The notes: generated by a model from the sequence alone, not told the origin. DNA of 36,390 bases from Bigelowiella natans CCMP2755 (GCA_000320545.1 ADNK01000893.1:1-36390), one strand, 5' to 3'; shown: positions 1 through 15,462, numbered from the stretch's first letter. Translations and numbers: made by a program.

Positions 1-422
1 TCCCCCTTTTCATCCGGAAAAGAACCTTCCGGGGACAAGTGTCGTCGGCGAGATCCTGAGCGTTTTGACGAGGTCGGGTTTCAAGTACAACATCGCAGAG
101 CTCTCGCCCTATCTGGAGAAGGGGCAGGTTCTTCATCATTTGTTATCAAATGATCCAAATGATGATGATGGCGACGACGACAACGACACCGATGATGACG
201 ATGATGACGGCAATGACGATGATGATGGCAGTGATGACGGTAACGATGCTGCAAACGATAGGTTCCTAAGCTGCTGCGGTTTTTGGTCTCGGAGATGCGC
301 CACTATGACGATGAGAAGAACCCGAGTTCGTCCACAATCAAAAGGGGGGGGGCCAGGTGGGCTGTCATACCTAATTCCTTTACACACACGCACACACGCA
401 CACACGCACACACAATACTCAC

Positions 423-465
<43 letters not shown>

Positions 466-3181
466 TATTGTATTTATGCAATTTTTAGTAGATTTGCACA
501 ACTATGGTTTCAACTCTGCAATCCCTCCCCCCACCCTCCGCATTTTCACTTCGATTTCCCCTTCTTGCCGTGACCTCCTGGACGTACAATAGACGGACGA
601 GCGGGCATTTAGTAGGCTCGCGCGCGCTGCTAATCGTTCATCTGATTTCGGCGATCAAGTGCATCTTTCAGCACAGGTGGCGTGTGCCTTTTAGAGAGAG
701 AGATATAGGGAGAAAATCTAAGCTATTGATTCGCGGTCTTTTCTTATGCGTCTGTCCCTTCTCCCCCCAACTTGTTTTTCACTTTCTTCTGTCGCTTTCG
801 TCGCCTCATGATTCCTTTTCTCTCAAATGCCCCTTTCGTCTCTCCTTGCTCCCTCTACAGCATGATCATCATCATCATTATCATCACTATTCCTCCTCCT
901 CCTCCTCTTCCCCCCCCTCTTCTCAGCGACAGCCAGAAGCTATTCAATGAATTCAAGCAAGCTGATGGCTACAATATCATGACCGAGTGTGCTGTCTGGC
1001 TAGCGAAGTTGCCGAAGGAAAGGTTATATATATGCCACCACCATTTCCTCTACTACTGCTATTACTACTACTACTACTACTATTACTACTACTACTAAGT
1101 ACTACTTCTTTCACGTGGATGCGTAGTTGGTGCAGTATTGCCTTCCGAACGAGAATTGTCTGTAATAATTACTTCCACATTGTACTGCTGCTGCTGCTGC
1201 TGCTCACAAACCACTTTTTTGTCCCCCCCCCTCCCCCCCTCTCGCCTCCTGACATAACGCCTTGTTGTGTATATTTATTACTAATTTCATTGGTATTAGC
1301 TGCAAGCGGATGCTGGAGTCATCTTCTACTTCTTCTCCTTCTTCCTCGCAAAAGAACATGGGCGGCGGGGGGCCACAGGAGGTGACGAAAGACACGTTGT
1401 TATCGGTGCTGCTAGAGTCCCTAGCCGACTTCGTTTTCTCAGGTACCCAGTGGTAGTAGTAGTAGTAGTAGTTATAGCCAGGCTGCTGCTACTAGTTGTG
1501 ATGGTGATGATGATGATGATGATGATGATGATGTGATGATGGGGGTACGGGTTTGCGAAAGTACGTAGGCACGAAATGTGTGTGGGTTGCGCGCTAACGA
1601 CTATTTCGATGCGGCATTAACCTCCCCCCCCCCCCCCCCGCCCGCCGCGCGCCCAGGGCCTGTGGCATTGCCAGTACCAACAGAGAAAACCGATGTCACG
1701 GCCTTCAACCCCTCCAACCGGACGGCACAGACGACAAACGGTGCTGCTTCCTTCGATGCGATTGCTAGTTCGTCATCATCATCATCATCATCATCATCAT
1801 CGTCATCGTCGTCGTCGTCCTCATCATCGTCAATACCGCCGCCACCACCACCATCATTCAACATCATCATCATTATCACCATTGTCGTAGGATTTGTGGA
1901 TGATCCGCTGAGGGTTCGGAGCTTAGATGGCTTCATGGTTGAATATTGATGATTATGATGATGATGGTGATGGTGGTGGTGATGATGATATCGATGAAAC
2001 GTGGGATCAGCACATACTACGTGTGCATGTAGTGGATGTACACGAACCTGCGATGCAAACATCAATAATTTTTATCCCTTCCCCTCCCCCCCCCCCCTCT
2101 CTCTTTCATTTTGTATAAAAACATTAATCATTCGAAATCCCCCCTCTCGCCCTCCTCGCTCCTGCTGGCCCAGGTCCTGATGAATGTTTTCAACCGCGTT
2201 CCTTTGCAAGATTTCAAGTTGGAGGTATGGATCGATGAAAAAAAGAAGAGGAAAAACAAGAAGCAGATGAAGCAGCGGTTTTGAGCCGACCGTCTGCTAA
2301 CATCGCTTTATGAGTAGTCGACCCTTTCCCGCCCCTCGTAGATTGATTATTCTTCGTGTGCCGCCGCCACCACCACCACCAGGTCTTGAACCGAGTGTTG
2401 ATGATCTTCTCCGGCCATGCTGACAACTACTGGCTGCTATATCCGCTGCAAGTCACCGCGTCGCTCATCAAAGGCCTCCCGGACTACACGGACCAGGTTC
2501 TTTGCTCGCTCTTGTGTGTGTGTGTGTGTGTGTGTGTTTAAACTGCTGATGCTTTCTCACGGCTGGCCTCCCTCCACCTCCCGTAGACTCATTTTTTGGG
2601 GAATATCCCCTGTAATGAATAACCCCCCACCCACCCCTCCTTTAGGTTCGGTCGATGGTGATGAAGATCGTAGACAGCGTTGCCGTCGTTGTGCAGGTGA
2701 GAGGAGGATGCTAGGGAGGGGGGGGAGGAAGATGGAGTATGGTGACGGTCATGCCGTGTCATGTGAAGCATGTATGGATTGTTGTCTTCGCCATGTAGAT
2801 GGCTGGGTCTCCCTCCTCCTCTGCCTCCTCAATCATCATCATCATCATCATCATCCTCCTCATCATCATCTCCATAGTTATCATTATCGTAGGAATGATT
2901 TCCCATCTTACCATTCTCTCTCTCCTCCTCCTCTCCCTCCCTCATCAGGCCGTACCCTTCCAGGAGCTGACGGCGCTGAGTGTGGTACTCAGCGACGTAG
3001 GCGAACGAAGCCTGGAGCGCAAACAGGCGAAAACGGGAAACAAGCGGGCGACGGAGGCAGACGCCCGCGCCGAGGAGAAGAAAATGCGATGCATGGCGAT
3101 TGTCGTGATGAGGGCCACGCTGGACTTCGTCAAGATCGATAAGGTAGTGAGTAGTAGTAGTAGTTGTAGTAGTAGTAGTAG

Positions 3182-3212
<31 letters not shown>

Positions 3213-4382
3213 GTGAAACCACCCGCCGTCGCTCTTCTCTCCCGTCTAACCCTTTTTTCCGATCAAAACCTTGTCCCCCCCCCCCCCTCCCTTTACCGTC
3301 CGTCCTCTTCCCTCAACTCCAGAGCTACGCCGAACTGGTAGGCAAGTGCGGGATGCTGGATGTGCTCTTCCAGCACTTGGTCTCCCTCGACGGATACCTT
3401 GCGCGGAATTACAAGCAAAAGAGCGGCGATGATGATGATGATGATGAGGAGGAGGAGGAGGGAGGGGGGGGAGGGGGTTGAAGGAGCGCACACCGGCCAG
3501 TGTCCGGCCGATGATTAGCGACTTGAAGTGTTATCATCTTCTGGCTCGCTGCCTCAGAAGCATGCTCGAAAGCACCAAAAACCTTGAGCTCTTTCGTCAC
3601 TCCGCGTGCCACGAGGCAGTCATGACGCTCACAAAGTAGTGATATAATGGAGACAGGCCTGCGTGATTTCGTAGTCGCGATGGTGGTGGTGGTGGTGGTG
3701 GTGGTGGTGGCAATGGACGCACTTCGTTGGCTCTTCTCTTTGCTTCCTTCTTTCCTTCCCTCCCTCCCACCTCTCTTAACTTTCACGTCTGGTCTGTCTA
3801 TCGGTCTCTTTTCTGTCTTCTTCTCTTTGCATCGCCCTCTCACTCACTTGCTCACTCATTCGCGTCCTTTCCCTGTGCGTCTGTTCCCTCCCCCTCCCTC
3901 CTTGCTACTGCTGCTGCTGCTGCTTCTTCTTCAAAGGTATGACACGTATCGAGCGGCTGCTCTGCAGATCTTGACCATATCGGCGGATCAACGCGGGCTG
4001 AGCGACATGCTCGAGCTCTTCCATCTATCAAAGGATGAGCCTCGACGCCGCCTAGACATCATGCACGCCATATGCCGTATGCTGTCCTCTGTCAGTGCCA
4101 AGGAGATCTGGCGGAAGCTCGCCGGATTCGAATGCATGTGAGTACCATTTTCTCTCGCTCGCTCATCGTCTGTTCCTCCTCCTCCTCTTCCTCCTCCTCC
4201 TCCTCCTCCTCCTCCTCCTCCTCCCCCTTCTTCATCATCTTCTGTCTCTTGTTCTTCGACGCACAGAATAAACGCCTCCTCTCCTCCCAATAACTCAAGG
4301 TATACGATGGTCACTCGGCTTCACCGCGCTTTCGACCCTTCCGCGACGCCCCTGACCTCGAGCAAGAAGAGTAGCAGCAGCG

Positions 4383-4413
<31 letters not shown>

Positions 4414-6936
4414 TAGTAGTAATAGTAATAGCAAACAGCAGCTGGAAGGAGTGCGACGACTACGAAGTCCGAGCGCGGCCGCAGCGGCCCGGAAGGAAGA
4501 AGCGAGAGAACGTGAAGAGATCTCCTCGAAATGGCGCATCCTCCGCGCCCTGTTCGCGGTGCTGACGTTCAGCATCAAGGACCATCCGTGCAACCGGCTG
4601 CACCTCTGGCAGGCGGAGGGCTGGAAGACGCTCGCGGCCGCGCTCAGGATGACGCAAGTCGCGGGACGGTAAGAAGCATGGCGGTGACGGTGACGGTGAC
4701 GCGACCGATCGATGTTGTTGATGATGATGATAATGATGATGATGAGGAGGAGGAGGAGGAGGAGGATAGGAACAGACGCGTTTGGTGATTGATTATTGTG
4801 GTGATAATTACGTATAATCACCATGGTAGTATTATGCCGTTGCTAGTGACCGGGGGCAAAAACAACATTTTGGGAGGAAGTGAGTTTTGTGTGTTAATAT
4901 CGTACACCACGAGCGACGAACTCGCCAATCGTTTGCTCAGTTTCTTCTCCCTGGCTCGGCATGGTGGTGGGGGTGGGGTTTGTGGTGGTGGTGGTGGTGA
5001 CGTGTTTTCGCTGTTTGCTTCTGACGGCTGCTGCTGCAAACTACTATGTATGGCAGAGAGGAGCTGGTGCCAGGCATAATCGACGTGCTCGTGGCGCTCG
5101 CGACTGAGGACACCGACTTCTTCCTCTCACCAGATTTAGAAACTATGAGCCGAATCGACAGCAGCGGCAGTAGCGCCAGCAGCAGCGGAGGTGGTAGCAA
5201 GAAGGCTGTTGGTATGAGAAGGAGCGGCCCGCTTGCAGTTGGGGGGGGGGGGGGGGGGGGCAGGAGACATCTACAGTCTCGATGAGGAAGGGGAGGGGAG
5301 TCAAAAGGCGCCGGTTATATCAACGAGGAGAGCACAGCAGGCTACTCAAGCCGGACTTCAGATTCTAAACACGGCGGCCGACCGGCATCTTCTTCTTCGG
5401 TCGTCGTCCACAACCCCCTTGCCGTGTTGATTTTACTCGACCTGGCGGAGACGATGGAGCTTCGCTATCAGATCGAGGCCCTCTCGTGCGTCCTGAACCT
5501 CCTCCCGCCGCTGTCGCCGCCACCGTCGTCGAAGATGGGTGCAGGTGGCAGCATCGCAGCTGCTACTGTCAGGCTTGGGAATGTACATGCGCTGACCAAC
5601 GTCCGGGCTCTTGCCTACCTCCTCCACTTCTTCCCCCTCAAGTCCCTCTCAGCAGAGATCTACGAGAGAAGGAAGAGGAGGAGGAGGAGGAGGAGGAGGA
5701 GGAGGAAGACGAACGCCCGGAAGCTACTGGGCGGCGGTACGGGACACACCGAGGAGGAGGAGGAGGAGGAGGAAGATGACGAAGAGGATGAGGAGGAGGA
5801 GGAGGAAGAGGAAGCTAGCTTCGCGAGTCTGCTCAAGGTCGACCACAACAAGGTGGAGCTGGCGAGCATCCAGGCGCTGACGCTGAAGCTGGTCGTGGCG
5901 CTGGGGAAGCACAGCCTCCACCCGCTCGAGCTGAAGCTGCTCCTCCACATGATCCCGCAACCGCTCTTCAACCAGATGCTCCTCCGCATCACGCGCGCGC
6001 AGCCGACGGCCAACTTCATCGAATTCGACACCACGAAGAAGGGCTACGCGTGCGTGGAGGTCCCCCAGGTGCTCTCCCGGGACACGGGGTGGTTCCAGGA
6101 GGGCTTCGCCTTCTCGGCATGGATCAACATACGCCATGCGAGCGAGGACGCGGCGTCCCCCTCGGCGATCCCCATTTTCCGTCTCGAGACGTCGTCGCAG
6201 GTCGTGATTCTGTTCGTCATCCAACGCGGCGCGCTGAAGGTGTACGGGGAGGACGCCAAGAGCGCCTCCACGGCCAAGGGGCCGCGCCGCCAGCAGCTGT
6301 ATCTCGTGGCGAGCCTCAACAACCACAGGTTCGTGCAGCGGCGGTGGACCCACATCGCTTTGTCCTACGCAACGCGCTTTAAACGGGGCAATAAGCTCAA
6401 GCGCACGAGCTTTAAAGAGTCCGCCACGCCGACTGGTAAGCCCAATTTCAGGCAGTAGTCTTTCATCGTACTGCATTGTTCTGATCATTTCACTCCCCCC
6501 TCCCCCCCCCCTCACCACCTCCCCCGCCCCCTCTTCTACCTGCAGGCGGCAATGGCGGACTGAGCAAGGAGCTAGGCTCGCTCACGCTGTACGTGGACGG
6601 CGTGCAGATCGAAACCGCTGTGATTCCCTCCGGGCTCCCCGTGCACTTCAACGCGGCCGACGCGCGCGCGATCATCGGCACCACGCTGGGGGACTCCAGC
6701 CTGAAGACGAACAACGGGAGCGGCGGCAGGGGTGGGGAGCGCGCTGTGCGAGCGAGGAGTGACAGCAAGCTGCATTATAGCTCCCTGGATGACGTCATAT
6801 GGTGGCTCGGGCCATGCGCTCTGCTGCAAGGGCCCGTCACTGCCGCGCAAGTGAGCCATGTGCATGCGATCGGGTTCGACTCAAAGACAGCCTACCATCC
6901 GAGGCGCGTGGAACGGTTGCTGCTGCTCGCTACGAC

Positions 6937-6973
<37 letters not shown>

Positions 6974-6987
6974 CGCGCACACACGCA

Positions 6988-7029
<42 letters not shown>

Positions 7030-10000
7030 CCCGTATGGAAAAGTGAATGAATGAATCAGGAGAAGAAAGGATGCTATAGTAGAAAGGGGGGGGGGTGGAG
7101 ACGGAGACTACATATTGATTAGAAAAAGATGAAGAGGGGTAGCCACTCTCATCCCCCGACTCCTCTCCCTAAACTAGGACCAATTTACAAAAAACATGCA
7201 TTGTCGTCAGATTTGGCACAAAGAAGACCGCTGGATCGCCGTGGGCCTCCTCTAGCAACCTGATCTTCGTCTTCCAGGCGCAGAGCCACCTCACGATAGA
7301 TCGTATCCAAAACCTGCTCAACTCACACTCACGCTCCCAACCGGACTTTCTCACCAGCCCAACGACATCGAGTGAGAAGGCGTTTTGCTGGGGGGACGGG
7401 GGGGGGGGGGGGGGCTTGTGATGCTGCTGCCGCAGATAATGAAATACAAATAATTATTTAAATTTTCTCGTGGCGCTGGTGGTTATTACGCATGATCGTT
7501 TCGATCCAAGGAGATAGATGTTACGTGCTTGCCTGCCCTGTCGGCGATCGTAGGAGGTGTCTGTTGTCTAACATAGAGTGTGTGGTTTGGTGTGTGTTGC
7601 TTGCATTTGTCGATCGATCGGCCATTTACAGCCTCGCGCTTGAAGCGGGAGGAGAGAAAGTGGCACTGGATCGAGAAAGAGCCTACAAAGCTCCACGGCA
7701 TGCTGCAGTATTCCTCCATGACTCAAAACGGCGTTGTCCTTCTCAATGTCGCAGACGCTCCCCCCTCCCACCCGAAGAAGCCCGCGTTTGTCATGCCTAC
7801 AGGTAAGTGATCGATCGATCACGCAATAACGTTTTTGAGTCGCGGCATCGCTGTACTTATTTCCTCCTCCACCGTTATTCATCGTCATCATCGTCATTGT
7901 CACCAGGTATTCTGGACGGGGGCGCTGTGTGCGTGGCGAGCTGCCACATCGCTGATAGCCTCCGGAGCATCTCCGGAATCCGGCTGCTCTTCCCTACAAT
8001 CGCGCATTGCAAGACGTCGCGCCAGCTGAACGAGGCGCTCACACTCTTCGCGACGCTGCTGCACTGCAATGCCTGTAATCAGGCGACGATGAGCCGGCAC
8101 GAAGGCTACCAGCTCCTAGCTCAAATCCTGATTGAGAAGTCGAGCCTTCTCACCTGGGCGTCGCTTGACGTCATCTTTGCCATGGTGGAAGGTCGAGACC
8201 CCGGCAATGGCAGCTCCACCCGCCTCAAAGACCGCGACCACGATGATTTTGATCACTCTGAAAACGAGGAGGAGGAGGAAGATCGTGAGGTCCGGCAGCA
8301 GCAGCAGCGGCAAGAGGGGGAGACGATTGGGAGGAAAAAGAAGCAGGGCCCCCTCAACGTCGTCTTCAGGGAAGGCGATTCCTCTCCCGCTGATAAAGAG
8401 TCGAAGCGGGGGGGGGGGAAGGTGAAGAACAAGAAGAGGAGAAAGACTTGGAGCGCGTGGTGTGCCGCCAAGGACCGGCGAATCCAGAACATCACGGTCG
8501 TGAAGTCGCTGCTGCTCGACTGGACGATATGGATGAAGACCAGCGAGGAGCTGCAGGCGGCCATCTTCGCGCGGCTGGCGCAGCTCTGCCTCTGGGGACC
8601 GCGGCACGTGCAGACAAACGGCGGCAGCGAAGGTGTGATTTCCGCGACGCAAAACGCGGTCGACATGCAGAAGGCCGGCTGCCTGCCCCTGCTACTGCAC
8701 GTGATGCTGGAGAACAGCGAGCTCTCGGACGTCGTCGTAGATTCGCTTTCGTGCCTTGTGGAGTCGCTGATGGTGGAAACCAAGACCACATTGCCCGACG
8801 TGGGCGCGCTGGCGTCCTACCTTGCCGTGGGCGTTAGTCTTGATCAAAAACAGCAGCAGCAGCAGCAGCAGGCTCTTGCTGATGACGATGATATCACCAG
8901 CAGCGCCACTAGCTGCGGCAGCAATGCACAGGATGAGGCGACATCGTCGTCGTCGTCGTCGTCGTCGCCGCCATCGGCAAACAAGCTTGCAGCAGCCTCA
9001 GCAGGCCAGAAGAAGAGTGCGAACGGCGGTGGCAAGTCGGCGAGGGGCTCCTCTCCTTCGCCTTCGTCGTCTCCCAAAGCCACCTCATCCTCTCCAAAGC
9101 AGCTGCCAGTGCCGATTCGCAGAGCCAGCACGCTGCTTGACCCTCGGCGGCAGCAGCAGCAGTACGCAGTAAAACAGGGCTTCTTGCTGCTCAGCGGCAG
9201 CGGCAGCGGCAGCGCGAAGGTCTCCACCCGCGTCGACAAGAAGGAGATAGATCGCTACGTGCCGACGCAGGCGGTGAAGATGGGGCTCAACATCATCAAC
9301 GTGCTGCAGGGCGTCGTCGTTCGCGCGCTGCGGCCGCCGCTGAGCCCGCGCAAGCAACGGCTCTATCAGGCGCTCGTCCGCGTCCTCAATAAGAAGTGGT
9401 TCGGGATGTTCCTCTCGCCGAGCGTATACCCGCAGGTGCTCGAGAGCATCCTCTGCCTCATGCACGTCATGCTATGCGCGCCGCCGCTCGCGAAGGACGG
9501 CACGGGGCTGAGCAAGAAGATCCTGCACACGGTGGGATTCGCGGTGCCGTACCTCACCTATTCCTGGCCGCTCTACACGTCCATCCTCGGTATACTGGTG
9601 GGGCGCATCTCCGGCACGCTGCTGGCGCGCTCCGACTCGCTCAGCAAACTGCGCGGCAAGAAGCTCTTCCGCCTGGCGGCGCCCAGCCGACTGAGCGACC
9701 GGGAGACCAAGATCGTGGAGGCCAGGGAGGCTGCGACGACGAAGTCGAGCGAAATGATGGAGGAGTCGCTCGCGGACGCGTTTGACGTCTTCGTGCTGAA
9801 CCAGGATCTGATCACGAGCGACGGGGGAAGCTCCGGCGTCATCGACCCGAACCCTGCCGCCCTGCACCTCCTCCTCAAGCTCATCCGCAACAACTCCGTC
9901 TCGCTCCTCGAGACGCTGCTCTCGGGCTTCAAGATCGGCTTTTACGACAGCGCGGACTCCGGGGTGGGGGCGGGGAAGGGGCGTCGGAGAAGAAGAAAGC

Positions 10001-10666
10001 AGCAGAAGAAGAAAAAGAAGGAAAGCGGAGACTGCTACGCCGGCGCGGAGTCGGTAGGCCTCGAGTCGAGTCGTATCCCCGTCACAGCGATCCGATTCCT
10101 CAACCTCCTCGTCCACCAAAGCGACCGGCTGAAGAAGTTGATGTGGGAGCCCCCCGAGCTCAAGTCGTACAGCAACCCCGCCTCCTCGACTCTCGCCTTC
10201 GCGATGCAGGGCTCCGGCGTCTCGCAGCTGATGAAGATGTGGCTCACGCTGAAGCGCCAGCAGAAGCTCGCCTTTGAGATGGTGACCAAGCTCAGGGAGG
10301 GGGGGGGAGGGGGAGCAGAGCAGCCCGTCCGACGTCACCTCGAAGACGCCGAAGGCTAGTGGTGGAGGAGGCTCATCCTCTTCAGCACACACCCGATCGA
10401 AATCGAGTATGTGTGCGGCTGAGTTGAAGGGTAACCCGCAGCAGCAGCAGGACGCAAAAGCCTTTCATGCCAACCCGTACAACTCCCGCGTGCTCGCCAG
10501 CGTGGAGATCCTCGAGAGCGTCGGCGACCTGCTCTGCACGCTCATCGTCGACATGGCCGTGCACGCCAACCACGACGCGTTCGCTCGGCACCTCGAGCAG
10601 CTCATGGAGGCCCCGCAGAGCGTCACCGTAGCCAGACTCTCCCAGTAAAGCGAAAATGACGACGAC

Positions 10667-10711
<45 letters not shown>

Positions 10712-10986
10712 AGATGAATGGGCAGGAAGGAGGGAGGAGGAAGCAAAGAAGAATCGAAACCCCCGAGATGCTCAGCGCATACTACTGTGTACATATGTGC
10801 CGCTGGTGACGGTTTCTGGTTCTACGAGAGAGGGGCAGACAGACTGTGCTCTCTCGTCGAGGAGACACCTAAAAACCATCGCCAGCAGCGTTTTGCAGTT
10901 ATTGCAAAATGTGGATTCCTATTTTGTCTTCTGCGGCGCTTCCTCCCTTTCATTCTCCGCGTTTTCCTTTCCTCTCCTAATATTGT

Positions 10987-11050
<64 letters not shown>

Positions 11051-12980
11051 TTCTAGGTTCAAACTGGCGTTGTTCTGGCAGCTGACGTGCAGGCTGCAGG
11101 GCATGCTCAGCAAAACTGCCAACCCCACGCTGCTCGACAACATGAATACGCTCTGCTCGTTCTTCATCGAGCAGATGCTCAGCAGCCTGATCAAGCCGCA
11201 GGTGACGGCGAAAACCGACCTGCGTGACGCGTTAGGCATGGCCGTGCCCAAGAGCACGGATGGGGAGGTGCTCGCTGCTGGCACCGACAGCACCAAGTTC
11301 CTCGCCCGAGACTCCGTGCTTGGGAGCAGCGGCGTGGACTTCTCCGTCGAGATGCTCGACACACGCGACAGGTTTTACATCTGCCGGATCGCCGACTTCG
11401 TGCTCCACGTGCTCAAGCTGAACGTGGCGCGGCTCGCGGGCACCGCCAAGTTCGTCACCTCCCCCTCCACCGCCGGCGGAAGGAAGGCGATTGACCTGAG
11501 CCAGGAAGAGATTAAGGGGGGGGGCGGTTCATCTGGGTTCGGCGTGGGAGGCGGTGGCGGCGTTGGTGGTGGGGGCATTATCGCTGGCGGAGCGAGCTCC
11601 TCCATGGTAGGCCGCTTTCGCCTTGGCAAGCATAGCTCTGGGCGCGTGCAGGCGGTGGCCGACTTGTGCCAGGCGGCGCGCGACAACGCGATGCTGCTGT
11701 TCATCTGCGCCATCCATGACTACGGCAGCAACCCCGCCGTGCTGTGCTACCTATTCACTCGGATGGCGGAGGCACGCTTGGCCCGGTTTCTCTTCAAGCG
11801 CGACACGGTGGAGGCGGACGGGCAGACGATCATCCTCGACGTGCGCGAGGAGATGTTCTACAGCCTGCTCTGCCACCTGCACCAGCACCTGCGTGTGGGT
11901 ACCGGGATGAGCGACGCCGTGCAGCGCTGCGTGCTCGACGTCTGGAAGAAGCTGCTTCAGTACCAGCGCGCGCGGACCGAGAAGGTCATGGCCCCGCCCG
12001 ACTACAACTTTGAAAAGTTCCTCACGATGACCGAGAACAAGACGTCGCTCGTGGAAGGCTGGAAGAAGCTGACCTCCTCCGCCTCACACGCGCAGTTTCT
12101 CCAGTGGTTCAACAGCAACAGCGACGAGGTCGACCGCGTCTTCAACAAGATGCTCGCGCCGTATCTCACCCAGTTCCTCGAGTCGCGCGCCAAGAACCAG
12201 GATGAGAGCAAGGCGGCCTTCGTCAAGGCGCAGCTGGATGCACTCGCGGGCTCCAAGGAGAAAGAGAACAAGCGTAAGAAGCTAGAAGCGGCCATCGAGC
12301 AGCAGCGGCTCGAAATCATCTCTATCCGCCAGGAGCAGGAGCTGCGCCGCCAAAAGCTGATGGCCCATCACATGCTGCACCGGCAGATGAAGATGCGCGG
12401 GATCTACGACAAGATCGCCGTCCACCTGCTGCACCAAACACAGGCAGGCGGGCCGCCCAGCGTGCCGTTTCTACCGTCCTTCCCCGTGTCGACTCGCTCG
12501 CTGCGGCTCTATCACCACTTCCTACCGATGACCGTCATCGATCCCTACGACGATCGCACGCAGACGCACGTTGCTGACGCCTCGGCGGACTCCGGCGACC
12601 AGTTCGCCCCGATCGTTCACGACGGCGTGCGCATGTCCTTCGCCCTCGATGCGACCGAGGGGCCGTTTCGCATGCGGCAAAAGATGGTCGGCTACAAGGA
12701 CTTCTACCGAATCTACGGCATCGACCAGACGCTGCTCCTCCGGAGGGAAGAGGAGGAAGACGCGGCGGAAGAAGCGACGAGGAAGACGGCGGCGGCGGAG
12801 GAGGAGGTGGAGGTGGAAAGGATGCCTCGCGAAGTCACCGACCGCGACCAGCAGATCATCAAGGCGACCAAGGAGACTGCAGATATCATCCGAAGGACCA
12901 CCATATCGAAGAAGAAGAAGAAGTCTCCTAAAAGGTGATGACATATAGGCACTGCTGCCGAGAACGATATGGCGCATTGC

Positions 12981-13017
<37 letters not shown>

Positions 13018-13172
13018 CCCGTCACCAGCAAAATGACATCCTTTTCTCTCCCGCCTCCTTGCAATATCCACGTTCTGTATGTCGAATTATCTCTACGCCC
13101 CGCCGCGCTGTTGCGGTGACGATGCCACGCGCACCTTGCGGTGTCTATTGTTTTCATCTATTTCATGTATTA

Positions 13173-13244
<72 letters not shown>

Positions 13245-14085
13245 ATATAAATCAGTGAGAGGAGTGCCGGAAGAGGGTCCTGCATTGAAAGCAGAGGCGC
13301 GGGGAAACGACGGCGACGATGACGAGAAGAGCAACGACATCTCTTCGTCGACGCTCTCGGCCTTCCGCAAGGCCGCCAGGCACAAGGGGGAGATAAGCAG
13401 CAGCATGGTCGAGGAGCCCCCCCTCGAATCGACGACGACGACGAGAGCGACTTGGACGATGACGACAGAATCGATCCTGAGAAGGGCGTCATCGTGAAGC
13501 GGAGTGGTACGAACAATACCGACGCCACGACAGATACCGAAGGCTCTAAAGGGGGCGACAATGGCGGGCAGGGACAGGAGGAGGAGGAGGAGGAGGATGA
13601 CAACAACCGCGCAGCTGCTAGTAGCAACGACGCTTGTAGAGGCAATAATGAAGACGAGGGGAAACGACGGCGGCGGCAGCAGAAGCAGCCTCCTGGGGCA
13701 AGAGGGGGGGGGGACAGGCATCGCAAGGCCAATAAGCGCCCGCCCCCCAAGAAGCCTTCTTCAACTTCCAGTGGCGGGAAGAAAGAACCAGCAGCTGAGC
13801 CGGCAGCAGCAGCAGCAGCAGCACCCCCCTCCACCGGAAACAACGGCAAAGACCAAGGCAAAAACCGCCTTCTGGCAGCACCGCAGCAGCAGCAGCGGCA
13901 GCACGCCCGCCACCAGTCCGCCACCTCCGCCGCGGCCCTCGACAAGCAGAAGCGGCGGCAGCGGCGCAAGGAAAAGAGAAATGACCGAGGAAGTGGGAAG
14001 CGCAGGAATCTCTCCTCCTCCCCTGCCAACGCACGCGCGTCCTCCACCAGCAACCGCCATCAAGGGCAGGATGGCGTCGGTGCAG

Positions 14086-14125
<40 letters not shown>

Positions 14126-14399
14126 ATGGACGGAGATCTTGATGCTGCTGCCGCCAGGCGCGGAGGAGTCAGTTGCCGGGCTGAAGAATTGCTCGCGAAT
14201 AGCAGGCCTGACGCGGCACCACGGCGTGCTGTTTATCAGCAAGAGCTGCCTCTACCTCATCGACAACTACACCATCGACGAGGACGGCGTGTTGCGGCAG
14301 ATCACGGAGCTGGGGGACGAGTCGAAGGTGATATTATGTGGCGGTGGTGTGGTGGGATGGGGGAAGGGGAGCGGAGGGGAGGGGTGTCAGTAGGATGAC

Positions 14400-14433
<34 letters not shown>

Positions 14434-15462
14434 TGGTGCGGTACAAGCGATATAAATGTGCTATATTTCCATCGGAAGGTCGAGTGCTACTACTACATGC
14501 GACCGGTGGAGGTGGCGGGAGATACCGACCGCGACGAAACCACGCCGCCAGCCCTCGAGGTCGTTAAGATCAGGGATGAGGCCAAGAAGCGGAAGAGGCA
14601 GGACATTCATCCTGAGGAAAGGTGCCTATCAGTAGTAGCTTGCAGAGAAAAATCGTGGTGGTGATTGGTCGTTCTTGCCTGCATTCTCCCCCACCACCAC
14701 AACTACCACCATTGTTCGAAAGTCTCTATCTACCCTATGGTTGGTGGTTGTCTCTTCCTCTTATTCTTTTGCTCTTCTCCCCCCCCCCCCCAGGCACACG
14801 TGTCGTTTGTTCCCGTACAACAGCATCATTGAGATCCGAAAGCGCCGATATCAGCTGCAGAGGGTAGCCGTGGAGGTCTTCAATGCGGACGGGTAAGGAA
14901 GAAGAAGAAGAGGAATATAAAAAGAAGAAGCTATGGTGTGCGTGTACGTGTGCGTGAGTGTGCACTCATCTCAATACCCCACCCCCCCCCCCCCCCCTCT
15001 CCCCCCCCCAAAAATCCAACCGAAATCAAAGGTCGAGCGAGCTGCTCACCTTCGACACAAAGCGCGACCGGGACGAGGTGTACAACAAGCTGTACAGTAT
15101 GGGCGTCCACGCCAATGCGAATAACATGCGCGTCGGCCTCTCGTACCACCACACGAGGCATCAGCGGGCCACGGGCGGCCAAACGTTAATTCAGATGGCG
15201 TTTAAGGGGGGATCCAAGTCGATGTCGCAGCAGTGGCAGGACGGCGAGATCTCCAACTTCACCTACCTCATGTACCTCAATACCCTGGCCGGCCGCTCCT
15301 ACAATGACCTCACGCAGTAAGTCGTCGTCGTTGTCCTCGTCCTCGTCCTCGTCGTCGCTGTTGTCGTGGGTGAACGCATGTAAGGATGGATGGGGGGGGG
15401 TGTGGATCGATAGACAGATAGGTGAGGGACGAATGTGTTTTGGAGCACGGTGAAAGGCGAGA

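Noticed and set aside
5283-5285. In-frame TGA between ORFs 5046-5285 and 5424-6458, suggesting readthrough or a recoded stop
   Set aside because: A phase-compatible GT-AG intron (5212 to 5340 or 5361) removes it, and TGA is used as the real stop of several genes in the window.
3455-13425. Frameshifts or stops inside the BEACH gene (3461-3481, 10295-10359, 13417-13423) read as pseudogenisation or programmed frameshifting
   Set aside because: Each break sits on a long G or C run and the coding frame resumes immediately with intact downstream domains. Homopolymer sequencing error is the simplest explanation.
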